DNA from: Vulcanimicrobiales bacterium
GTDB taxonomy: Bacteria > Vulcanimicrobiota > Vulcanimicrobiia > Vulcanimicrobiales > Vulcanimicrobiaceae
DNA length: 64,000 bases
Assembly: GCA_038231455.1 (NCBI GenBank)
Contig: JBBRLI010000001.1
Coordinates: 352,001 to 416,000 of the forward strand
Reading direction: 5' to 3'
Shown here in pieces: positions 56,363-64,000 of the stretch. Position 1 is the stretch's first letter, and each line of letters opens with the position of its first letter. Below the pieces are notes generated by a model. That model did not search any database. It saw only the letters and a list, made by a program, of their open reading frames with translations, and was not told where the DNA came from. Made by a program: the position numbers and the translations under genes.

Positions 56363-57211
56363 CTACGCGTTCGACGTCGTCGAGCCAGCACGCGGCGCTC
56401 GTTCCGGTAAGCGCAGCATGCGTCGCGCTTCGGCGGGGGTCGCAATCGGACGGCCGAGTTCATTTGCTACCCGCACAACGCGCGCGACTAGCTCCTCGTT
56501 TGTGGCGAGGCGCCCTTTTGAGTAATAAATATTGTCTTCAAGGCCAACGCGTACGTGTCCACCCATCGCGATTGCGACCGCGGCGAGAGGGAGTTGCTGG
56601 CGTCCGATGCCGGCAACCGTCCACGAACATCCGGCGGGCAGCGCGTTCACGCAGGCGACCAGGTTCTCGACGGTGGCTTCGAGCGCGCCTGGGACGCCCA
56701 GCACGAAGTCGGCGTGCGCCGGTAAGGCAAGCAAGCCTTCTGCGGCAAGGCGTTTGGCGTTTGCGATGTGGCCGAGATCGAAAATTTCCAGTTCCGGCGT
56801 GACACCGTAGCGCGCCATACCGGCGAGAATTCCGCGCATGATCGGAAAGCTGTTCTCGAACACGTCGTCGCCGAAATTCACCGTACCGCAGGTGAGCGTC
56901 GCCATGTCGGGACCAAGTTCCAGAGGAGCCGCACGTTCCTGCGGCGTCATCCCGATCGCCCCACCGGTCGAAAACTGGACGATCAGGTCGCTCTCGCGAC
57001 GAATCGCTTCGTACGCCTCGCGGAAACGGCCGACGTCATGCGTATTGGTCCCATCATCGTTCCGGCAGTGAACGTGGATCATCGAGGCGCCGGCCGCACG
57101 AATGCCCCGAGCGACGGCTCCGAGCTGAGCGGGCGTCACCGCTAGGTGCGGGGTTTGCTCCGGAGTGAGTTCGGCCCCCACCGGAGCGACCGTAATAATG
57201 AGGGGATCCAT
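56363..57211 (-). CDS. kce: 3-keto-5-aminohexanoate cleavage enzyme (BKACE, DUF849)
   Basis: IITVAPVGAE, AGAS.IHVHCR, QFSTGG, ATLTCGTVNFG, PELEIFD, GGHVRVGLEDN, ATPAEAR. Confidence 0.9.
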   Translation of the reverse strand: MDPLIITVAPVGAELTPEQTPHLAVTPAQLGAVARGIRAAGASMIHVHCRNDDGTNTHDVGRFREAYEAIRRESDLIVQFSTGGAIGMTPQERAAPLELGPDMATLTCGTVNFGDDVFENSFPIMRGILAGMARYGVTPELEIFDLGHIANAKRLAAEGLLALPAHADFVLGVPGALEATVENLVACVNALPAGCSWTVAGIGRQQLPLAAVAIAMGGHVRVGLEDNIYYSKGRLATNEELVARVVRVANELGRPIATPAEARRMLRLPERAPRAGSTTSNA

Positions 57212-57214
57212 CCG

Positions 57215-58822
57215 CTAGCCGTTCGACGCGGACGGCGCGCCGCTCCGCTTGCGCCGCAACGCCGCTCGAGCTGCGGCGATGAGGCTTGGATCGAGTCCGA
57301 GCAGCTCGGCCAGCGCAATTGCATCCGCGTGCGGTTCGTCGTCGGGACCGACCGCGACCACGCGGTAGTCCATTGCCTCGCCCAAGGCCGCAAGCGCGGC
57401 ATCCAAGTCGCACGTCGCACCGATCGGCAACGCGTGCAGCAGACCCGCGATCGCAAGGTGCGTCGTTTTGGTTTCGCGGGCGATTCCCGCGAAATGCGTT
57501 GCGACGAGTGCGCGCATCCCGCGTGCAGCCAGAGTCTGCACGAGTGCCACCAAGAGTGCGCGGCCTTCACTGGGACTCGTCGTGCGAGCGAATTCATCGA
57601 CGAGCGCAAGCGTCGATTCCGCTCCCGCAAGTAAACCGCGCACGCGCACGACTTCGCCACCAAAGGCCGAGAGCAGGGCGGCGCGGTCGTCGCGATCGTC
57701 GGCGCCGATCCAAGCGATCCGCGCAACGAGCGGCACGCGTGCAGAACTCGCCGGGACCGGCAAACCTTGCGCTGCGCAAAGCGCGATGAAACCGGCCGTT
57801 TGCATCGCTGCGGTTTTGCCGCCCATATTCGGTCCGGTCAGCACCGCGACGCCGTCCCATGCAAACGACAGCGGAGCATACCGGCGGCCGCGCTGGACGA
57901 GCGCTTCAGCAAGCGGCGGAAACGAGGCGTTCTCCCAGCCAATCGCGCCCGAGGTGTACGTCGGGACGCAAGCGTTCCACGCAAGCGCAAACGCTGCGCG
58001 CGCGCACTCGCGTTCGCACTCGCCGAGCCGTTCGGTCACTGCGACGATCGCGCGCGCGTGCACACCGATCGCCGCGGAGAGGGTCCCACGCGCACGCTCT
58101 TCGACGCGCGCGACGTTGCTGTGCGCATCATCGCGCGCGGAAAGCGCGGCGAGCGTTCGATCGTCGTAGACGAGTTCGCACACAATGTAGGTCGCCGCTT
58201 CGCGTATAACGCGAACGTTCGGCGGGAGCGAAGCCGCCCTGCCGTCACGCATGAGAATGAATTCGCCATCACGTACGCTCGCACCAACCATTGCCGCGAC
58301 GCTCGCCTCAAACGCGCTGCGCGCGGAGTCGAGCACGGCTTGACGTTCGGCGGCGAGTCGCCGCACCGTTTCGAGTTCGGCATCGAAGCGGTCGGCAAGG
58401 TAGAATCCGCGTCGCTCGCGACCCGGCGCAAGCGCAGCAGCAACGGCGTCGAGCGCGGACGGCGGCGCAAGCGGCACGCCCAAAGGCCACTGCGAGCGAA
58501 CGAGCTCGAGTGCATCGACGAATCGGCCGAGTTCGAAGAAATCGGCGTCCGCCAGGGGATCGCCTGCGGCGGCGCGTGCAGCGATCGCCGTTGGATCGGG
58601 ACACCAGCGGATCGCCTCGCGCACGCGTTCCAGCGTCGCCGCATCGAACGCCGCCGCAAGCGCGACGGTCGTACGCGCCCGCTCCGATGCGAGGTCTTCT
58701 TCACCGGGCACGTATGCGCGCTCGCGTGCGGCGGCACGTCGGCCAAAATCGCTGCGCGGTGCGAGCACAGCATCGAGCCACGCGCCACCAATCGCGGCGT
58801 GCGTTGCCGCATCGACCATCAT
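57215..58822 (-). CDS. kamC: MutS domain V-like ATPase, probable lysine 5,6-aminomutase reactivase subunit KamC
   Basis: TGPNMGGKT, LSAFGGE, LVDEFARTTSP.EG, ATHF, MDYR; no mismatch-binding or Smr domain; lies between kamB-like gene and kce. Confidence 0.75.
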   Translation of the reverse strand: MMVDAATHAAIGGAWLDAVLAPRSDFGRRAAARERAYVPGEEDLASERARTTVALAAAFDAATLERVREAIRWCPDPTAIAARAAAGDPLADADFFELGRFVDALELVRSQWPLGVPLAPPSALDAVAAALAPGRERRGFYLADRFDAELETVRRLAAERQAVLDSARSAFEASVAAMVGASVRDGEFILMRDGRAASLPPNVRVIREAATYIVCELVYDDRTLAALSARDDAHSNVARVEERARGTLSAAIGVHARAIVAVTERLGECERECARAAFALAWNACVPTYTSGAIGWENASFPPLAEALVQRGRRYAPLSFAWDGVAVLTGPNMGGKTAAMQTAGFIALCAAQGLPVPASSARVPLVARIAWIGADDRDDRAALLSAFGGEVVRVRGLLAGAESTLALVDEFARTTSPSEGRALLVALVQTLAARGMRALVATHFAGIARETKTTHLAIAGLLHALPIGATCDLDAALAALGEAMDYRVVAVGPDDEPHADAIALAELLGLDPSLIAAARAALRRKRSGAPSASNG

Positions 58823-59709
58823 GCGACGAGTCCAGCGAAGAGATCGAACGTCGATAAACGCGTTGCACGCGCGACGGCACGCACGAGCGCGCGCGGATCG
58901 AGCGCGCCTTCGCGTCCGTACGAGGAAACGGTGCAGGCGACCACGCGGATCGGTGCCGTCGTGCGCAGTTCGAGCCGCTCGTTCAGCTGGTCGAAAAGTT
59001 TTCCGCGTACGGTTACGCGTGTTGGATCGGTGACGACGACGCGCGCGCCGCGATGCTCGGCGATAAGTTCGCTTGCGCGCTCGGGTCCAAGCGCTCCATC
59101 GATGTGGATCGCATCGGCGCGCGAGCCGTCATCGCGCGCGATCGAGAGCCGCCGTACCAAATCGCCCGCCACGGCAGCAACGCGGTCGATCGTTGCGCCG
59201 CTCTGCGCCCCGGTCGCGACGATCACCGCATCGTCTCCGCCGGCCAGCGCGGCGATGCGGTCGATTGCGCCGTCAAGAAAAATCGGGCCATCGGCGATCC
59301 GTGCAAGCTGCTCGAGCGTCCGTCGGACGCCGCTCGCCGTCGGCGGTCCGCCGATCTCAAAGCGCGATGTGGCTCGGACGCGCACAAACGCGATCGCGCC
59401 GAGCGCGCTGCGTTCACCCAACTCCAGAATCTCACATGCGGGCGAACGCGGTACGAGGTCGCGCGCCGTCGCTACGATCGTCCCGGGCGGCAGCGTCAAT
59501 TGCGGTTTGGGCAGTGCATCAAGTGCGTCGCTCGTTTCGCCATCGCGACCGATCGAGGTGATCGCATAGGCGATGCCGCGCGCGCGTGCAGATTCACAGA
59601 GCGCGCGCACGCCGACCGTCTTACCGACGTTCTTCGCCGTTCCGACAATCGCAATCGTACGCGTCCCCGCCGCACGCGCGCAATCGAAGAGATCGAAGGC
59701 AACGCTCAT
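58819..59709 (-). CDS. kamB: Probable lysine 5,6-aminomutase reactivase subunit KamB
   Basis: IVGTAKNVGKT, TSIGRDGE..D....PKP, GP, DGA.DR, ATGA; ATGA-coupled to the kamC-like gene. Confidence 0.72.
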   Translation of the reverse strand: MSVAFDLFDCARAAGTRTIAIVGTAKNVGKTVGVRALCESARARGIAYAITSIGRDGETSDALDALPKPQLTLPPGTIVATARDLVPRSPACEILELGERSALGAIAFVRVRATSRFEIGGPPTASGVRRTLEQLARIADGPIFLDGAIDRIAALAGGDDAVIVATGAQSGATIDRVAAVAGDLVRRLSIARDDGSRADAIHIDGALGPERASELIAEHRGARVVVTDPTRVTVRGKLFDQLNERLELRTTAPIRVVACTVSSYGREGALDPRALVRAVARATRLSTFDLFAGLVA

Positions 59710-61070
59710 CCGGGCGACCGCGCGATGAGTCGCACCCCATCATCGATCGTCACGACGTGCGCTTGTCCGGCCGCAAGTTCGCCTTCGACTTGCGCGCGCA
59801 CGGCATCCCAGGTCCTCGAGTGATACGTAAGATCGTCGAGGATCGTCGGCCGCAAGGCCTTCGCACTCGAATAGGCGTTGGGATCGGCGCCGAGATGCGC
59901 GTACGCCTCATCGAACGTGCCGACATCGATCCCCGCCGGCAGCGCGGCGATGGCGCGATCGAGCGTTGCATCGTGCGCCGTGCGCGCACGCAAGAAATGA
60001 CCCCAGTGCGTGGGACTTGCGACCGCAAGGTCGAGCACGCAGAGAACGGCGCACGTTCGAACGAGCAACAGCGCGCGTTTGCGGTCACGCGCGGCGACGC
60101 GCGCGATGCCCAGGGCAAACGCGACGAGGATGGGGCCGATCCAGACGGCGGCGTAGTGCTGTCCCATCGTATACGTGATCGAGAGATGCGATCCGAGCAC
60201 CTCGGTAACGCCGGGGAGCGCCAGTAGAATCGCGGGTGTCGTCAGCGGCACGAACGCAAGCGGGACGAGCGCTTCGAGCGAATACGTCATACGCCCGCGC
60301 AGATCGAGCCCGGCGGAATCGCCGCGGCCGCCGTTCCAGGCGTAAAAATGCAGCGGATCCCACGCTGCGGTTGCGCCCGCCAGCGGCCGCACGAGCAGAA
60401 AGTATGATGTGAAAACCGCCACGGCAACGCCGCCAGCGGCGAGCGAAAACACGACCGCACGCCGTTCGCCGCGCCGCCAAAACCAGACCGCGGCGATGAG
60501 TCCGAGAAACGCGACGATCGGGGCTTCATCTTCTTTCGTCCCGAGTAGGACGGCCGCACAAAGCGCAGCGAGCAAGAAATTCCGCCGGTCGAGGGCTGCG
60601 ATTAGCCACGCCGCTCCGGCTGCGGCGAACGCGTTTTCGTGAAAGTCAGTGAACGTCACACCGGCGAGAGCCGGATACACGAAGGCAATCGAGGCCACGC
60701 CAAGCGCGAGCCGTTCATCCATCCGCGTGCGCGCAAGCGAAAAAATTGCGGGGGCGACAAGTGCGCACGCCAGCGCCTGCACGAAGATCAGCACGAACGG
60801 TCCGTGCGTGAGACGTACGAGTGGTGCGAGCAATTCGAGAATCGGCGAGAAATGAAAGAGATAATGGCTGCCCGCTTCAAGCGTATTGCCAAAGTGCACG
60901 ACCGGGTTTAGCAGCGACTGCATAAAAATCCCGAGGTCTGCGCCCGAATGATACGTCGCATACCGGTCCAGTCCGAGCAAGGTGTAGGTGACGGCGAAGG
61001 CCAGGGTTCCCAACCACACCCAACGCGGCGGATCAGCCGATGTGAAAATATTTTGTCGCGGCAAATGCAA
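59706..61070 (-). CDS. DUF2079 family membrane protein (GT-C-like)
   Basis: DLGIF.Q, HFSPIL, DFHENAF, TKED, HY.A; multiple TMs. Confidence 0.8.
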   Translation of the reverse strand: MHLPRQNIFTSADPPRWVWLGTLAFAVTYTLLGLDRYATYHSGADLGIFMQSLLNPVVHFGNTLEAGSHYLFHFSPILELLAPLVRLTHGPFVLIFVQALACALVAPAIFSLARTRMDERLALGVASIAFVYPALAGVTFTDFHENAFAAAGAAWLIAALDRRNFLLAALCAAVLLGTKEDEAPIVAFLGLIAAVWFWRRGERRAVVFSLAAGGVAVAVFTSYFLLVRPLAGATAAWDPLHFYAWNGGRGDSAGLDLRGRMTYSLEALVPLAFVPLTTPAILLALPGVTEVLGSHLSITYTMGQHYAAVWIGPILVAFALGIARVAARDRKRALLLVRTCAVLCVLDLAVASPTHWGHFLRARTAHDATLDRAIAALPAGIDVGTFDEAYAHLGADPNAYSSAKALRPTILDDLTYHSRTWDAVRAQVEGELAAGQAHVVTIDDGVRLIARSPG

Positions 61071-61596
61071 GACCCGTCAGGACGAGCACGATGCCGGCCC
61101 ATCGCGCCGAACCGGCCTCCGCGCGCGCCCCGAGCCGTTTGCCCAGCGTGAGTCCAGCAGTCGTTGCGATGACCGACGCGACCGCGATGAAGATCAGCGA
61201 CGTGTAAATGGGCACGCCAATGAAAAGGATCGAAAAGCCGATGCCGAGCGAATCGAGGCTGATCGAGAGCGCCCCAATGAACAGCCCCCAGCCGCGCGAG
61301 AGATCCATTTTCCCGGACTCCGGGCCATCGCCCAGGGTCTCGTAAATCATGTAGAGGCCGACGCCGACGAGCGCCGTGAATCCGAGGTACCCCGCGATAT
61401 CGCCGAGCAGTTTGCCAACCGTCGCGCCGAGGAGCGCGCCGATGACATTCATCGAAATCTCGGCGGTCGCGAACGCCGCGCCGATGCGGATTTTTGTCAT
61501 GCGATCCGTGCCGCGCATGCCAACGCCGATGCAGACGGCAAAAACATCAAGCGCCAGTGAAAGCGCGACGATCGCGATCTTAATGAACGAAATCAT
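61033..61596 (-). CDS. mntP: Manganese efflux pump MntP family
   Basis: ALSLALDVFAV and SISLDSLGIG (two DxxAV/G repeats); six TMs. Confidence 0.85.
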   Translation of the reverse strand: MISFIKIAIVALSLALDVFAVCIGVGMRGTDRMTKIRIGAAFATAEISMNVIGALLGATVGKLLGDIAGYLGFTALVGVGLYMIYETLGDGPESGKMDLSRGWGLFIGALSISLDSLGIGFSILFIGVPIYTSLIFIAVASVIATTAGLTLGKRLGARAEAGSARWAGIVLVLTGLAFAATKYFHIG

Positions 61597-61606
61597 GGTC
61601 GCTAGG

Positions 61607-62005
61607 TTAAAGCGAGGTCGGGATCATCGGCCCCTGCAAAAGCGTCGAGACGGTCGTCCGCAATTGCGAGAGGGTGAACGGTTTGTTCAGGAAGGCGTTG
61701 GCGCCGGCGCTCTTCGCGCGCGCGTCCATCGCGTAGTTGTTGTGACCGCTGATCATGACGATCGGCGTGGTCGACGTCGTGCGGTTCGTCCGGATCTGCG
61801 TGATCAGATCGATCCCCGAAATGCCGGGGAGCATGAAGTCGCAGATGATGATGTCGAACGATGAATCGCGCTGCAAGTGGACCAGCGCACTCTCGGCGTC
61901 GTTGCAGGTCGTGACGAGATACGGTCCGCTTTTAAGGATCGTGTTGATCAGCATGCAAATTTCAGGGTCATCGTCCGCGACGAGGACGCGCCAAGGTGCG
62001 GCCAT
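61607..62005 (-). CDS. Single-domain response regulator (CheY-like receiver)
   Basis: VADDD, ICDFMLPGISG, MISG, GANAFLNKPF. Confidence 0.9.
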   Translation of the reverse strand: MAAPWRVLVADDDPEICMLINTILKSGPYLVTTCNDAESALVHLQRDSSFDIIICDFMLPGISGIDLITQIRTNRTTSTTPIVMISGHNNYAMDARAKSAGANAFLNKPFTLSQLRTTVSTLLQGPMIPTSL

Positions 62006-62071
62006 CGAAATGCCCTTCCCACTTAACCGGCCGCACGCCTCGATCCGGGTGTTTACGATGCGTAAAGATTG

Positions 62072-62827
62072 ATGCGGCCGTTCTTCATGATCGCGGCACT
62101 GCTCGTGCTCGTTCTCGGCGTACCGCCGCTGTGGCTCGTCGGCAGCGTCCCGCCCGCGAGTGCACTCGCCGTGCTGCTCGCACCGGACGTCGCGCCTGCC
62201 CTCGCCGTCTCGCTTGCGGCGTCGCTCTTGGCGCTTTTGGCAAGCGTGTTCCTGGGCGTCCCCGCCGGCTATGCGCTGGCGCGCGGGCGCGGCTGGTGGC
62301 GCGGCCCCGCGACGTTTGCGGTGGCCTTGCCGCTCGTCTTCCCGCCGATCGCGACCGGCGTGATGCTTCTCGCGCTCGTCGGCACGCGCACACCGTTGGG
62401 TACTGCACTTGGCGCAATCGGTTTGCAAATCGTGGATCGGTTGGGTGGGGTTGCGCTCGCCGAATTCTTCGTAAGCGCGCCCTTCATCGTTATCGCTGCG
62501 GCGGCCGCGTTCGGCGAGGTGGACGTTCGTCTTGAGGAAGCCGCGCGCACCCTCGGCGCGACGACGCTGCGGACATTCTTCGTCGTCTCGCTCCCGCTCG
62601 CCGCGCCGACGATCTCAGCCGGCGTGCTACTTGGTTGGCTGCGGGCGCTGGGAGAATACGGCGCGACGAGTATCGTCGCATATCACCCGACGTCGCTCCC
62701 GGTCGCGCTCTACGTCGTGCTTTCATCCGATGGTTTGCAGCGTGCGCTTGCGATCGCATACGCGTTCATCGTCTTCGCAGCGCTCGTTGTTGCCGCGCAA
62801 GCAGCCCTCCGAAGGCGCCTCTTGTAA
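62072..62827 (+). CDS. modB: Molybdate/tungstate-type ABC permease
   Basis: LPLVFPP, FVSAPF, LEEAARTLGA, RALGEYGAT. Confidence 0.8.
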   Translation: MRPFFMIAALLVLVLGVPPLWLVGSVPPASALAVLLAPDVAPALAVSLAASLLALLASVFLGVPAGYALARGRGWWRGPATFAVALPLVFPPIATGVMLLALVGTRTPLGTALGAIGLQIVDRLGGVALAEFFVSAPFIVIAAAAAFGEVDVRLEEAARTLGATTLRTFFVVSLPLAAPTISAGVLLGWLRALGEYGATSIVAYHPTSLPVALYVVLSSDGLQRALAIAYAFIVFAALVVAAQAALRRRLL

Positions 62828-62849
62828 ACGGCGCGAAGCGCCTTTACTC

Positions 62850-63743
62850 ATGGCCATTCTCGATCGTTTTCTCACGCCGGAATCGTCGTTTCAACAACGG
62901 TTTTTCTTTCTCGCCAAACGTTTCGTCGCTGGCGAGACCGCGATCGAGGCAATGGACGCGATTCGTTCGCTCAATGCAGCGGGAATGGCCGCCACGCTCG
63001 ACTTCCTGGGCGAAGATGTCACCTCGCGGGATGAAGCGCTGCGCACGCGTGATGCATACTTCGACCTCCTCGACCGGATCGAGAGCGCTGGTGTCAAGTC
63101 GAACGTCTCGGTGAAACTGACCGCCTGCGGAATGCTCATCAGCGAAGACTTCGCTTACGAGAATCTTCAAGCAATTGTCGAGCGGGCCGCTCGCAACGCC
63201 GATCCGTTCGTACGCATCGACATGGAAGGCTCGGCGCTCGCCGAGGCAACGCTGCGCGTCTTCCAACGCGTCTACGCCGAAAACACAAACGTCGGCCCGG
63301 TGCTGCAAGCCTATCTCAAACGTACGCCCGACGATGTCGCTGCGGCGATCGCGCAAGGTGCACGCGTGCGACTTTGCAAAGGCGCCTACAAAGAGCCGCC
63401 CACGGTCGCGCATCAAGAGATGCCAATCATCCGCCGCGAGTATCTGCGCCTAGCCGAATCGCTCTTAACCGACGGCACGTATCCCGGAATTGCAACCCAC
63501 GACGAGCGAATCATCGCCGCCATCAAGGCGTTCGCACGCGAACGGGGCATCGGCAAAGAACGCTTCGAATTCCAAATGCTTTACGGTGTGCGCACCGATC
63601 TGCAGAGATCGCTTGTCGAAGAAGGATACAACGTGCGCATCTACGTGCCGTACGGCACGCACTGGGCGGGCTATTTCTATCGCCGCATCAGCGAGCGCAA
63701 AGAGAACGCGTTCCTCGCTTTGCGCGCGCTGGTTCAAAAATAA
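62850..63743 (+). CDS. Monofunctional proline dehydrogenase
   Basis: RFVAGE, D.LGE, SVKLT, RIDME, VLQAYL, RLCKGAY, IATHD, EFQMLYG, YVPYG..W..YF.RR. Confidence 0.93.
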   Translation: MAILDRFLTPESSFQQRFFFLAKRFVAGETAIEAMDAIRSLNAAGMAATLDFLGEDVTSRDEALRTRDAYFDLLDRIESAGVKSNVSVKLTACGMLISEDFAYENLQAIVERAARNADPFVRIDMEGSALAEATLRVFQRVYAENTNVGPVLQAYLKRTPDDVAAAIAQGARVRLCKGAYKEPPTVAHQEMPIIRREYLRLAESLLTDGTYPGIATHDERIIAAIKAFARERGIGKERFEFQMLYGVRTDLQRSLVEEGYNVRIYVPYGTHWAGYFYRRISERKENAFLALRALVQK

Positions 63744-63746
63744 TCC

Positions 63747-63998
63747 TCAGTCCTCGGTGATGCGCTCGACGCGCGTCATGCGATCGGTTTCGATCAATCG
63801 GCCGAGCGTATCGAAGCCGCTTTCGATGTCACCAAAGACGGTGAAGTCGCGGTTGAGGTGCAGTGCGGGTGAGATCGTGATATAGAACTGCGTGCCTGCG
63901 GAGTCGCGCTGCGGGCCGTTCTTATCGTAGTTCAGTCCCATGGAGATCACGCCGCTCCGCTGTTCGAGTGGGTTTTCTTCTGCGGGAATCATGTAGCC
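63747..63998 (-). CDS. Cyclophilin-type peptidyl-prolyl isomerase (5' part beyond the window)
   Basis: ISMG...DSAGTQFYIT...LHLNRDFTVFG. Confidence 0.85.
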   Translation of the reverse strand, partial: GYMIPAEENPLEQRSGVISMGLNYDKNGPQRDSAGTQFYITISPALHLNRDFTVFGDIESGFDTLGRLIETDRMTRVERITED

Positions 63999-64000
63999 CG

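Noticed and set aside
57215-58822. MutS mismatch repair or MutS2 ribosome-rescue gene
   Set aside because: Lacks mismatch-binding and Smr domains; coupling to kamB-like and kce genes fits KamC better
57767-59569. 600-aa plus-strand ORF
   Set aside because: Antisense shadow of the kamC/kamB-like genes

Overview
GC-rich, gene-dense bacterial chromosome segment of about 55 CDS plus one tRNA-Leu(GAG). I saw no transposase, integrase, phage gene or CRISPR array. The gene repertoire (TonB-dependent receptor, futalosine menaquinone genes, copper-amine-oxidase N-domain protein, phosphoesterase lipoproteins) suggests a diderm soil bacterium, possibly Eremiobacterota/Vulcanimicrobiota; this is inference only. 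Main blocks: (1) queD-queE-mqnB-mqnD followed by an inverted-domain (NewPHL-like) photolyase; (2) a frameshifted TonB-dependent receptor with an unexplained tandem Cys-containing C-terminal domain; (3) a candidate terpene/hydrocarbon locus with AlkB, PilZ, GlcD/GlcE, a YtpB-type terpene cyclase, an ADO-like diiron protein and a geranylgeranyl reductase with an in-frame TGA; (4) two Met-rich secreted paralogs; (5) trxB, redoxin, ABC and phosphoesterase genes plus a DDAH-fold pseudoenzyme; (6) malic enzyme, regulators and a GGDEF-EAL protein; (7) an SDR-GT39-mmcB-pepN-dacB-tldD-pmbA run; (8) an orphan RND pump; (9) kamB-kamC-kce lysine-catabolism genes ahead of a peptide ABC permease that probably starts at CTG. 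All family calls come from motif recognition by eye; no searches were run.
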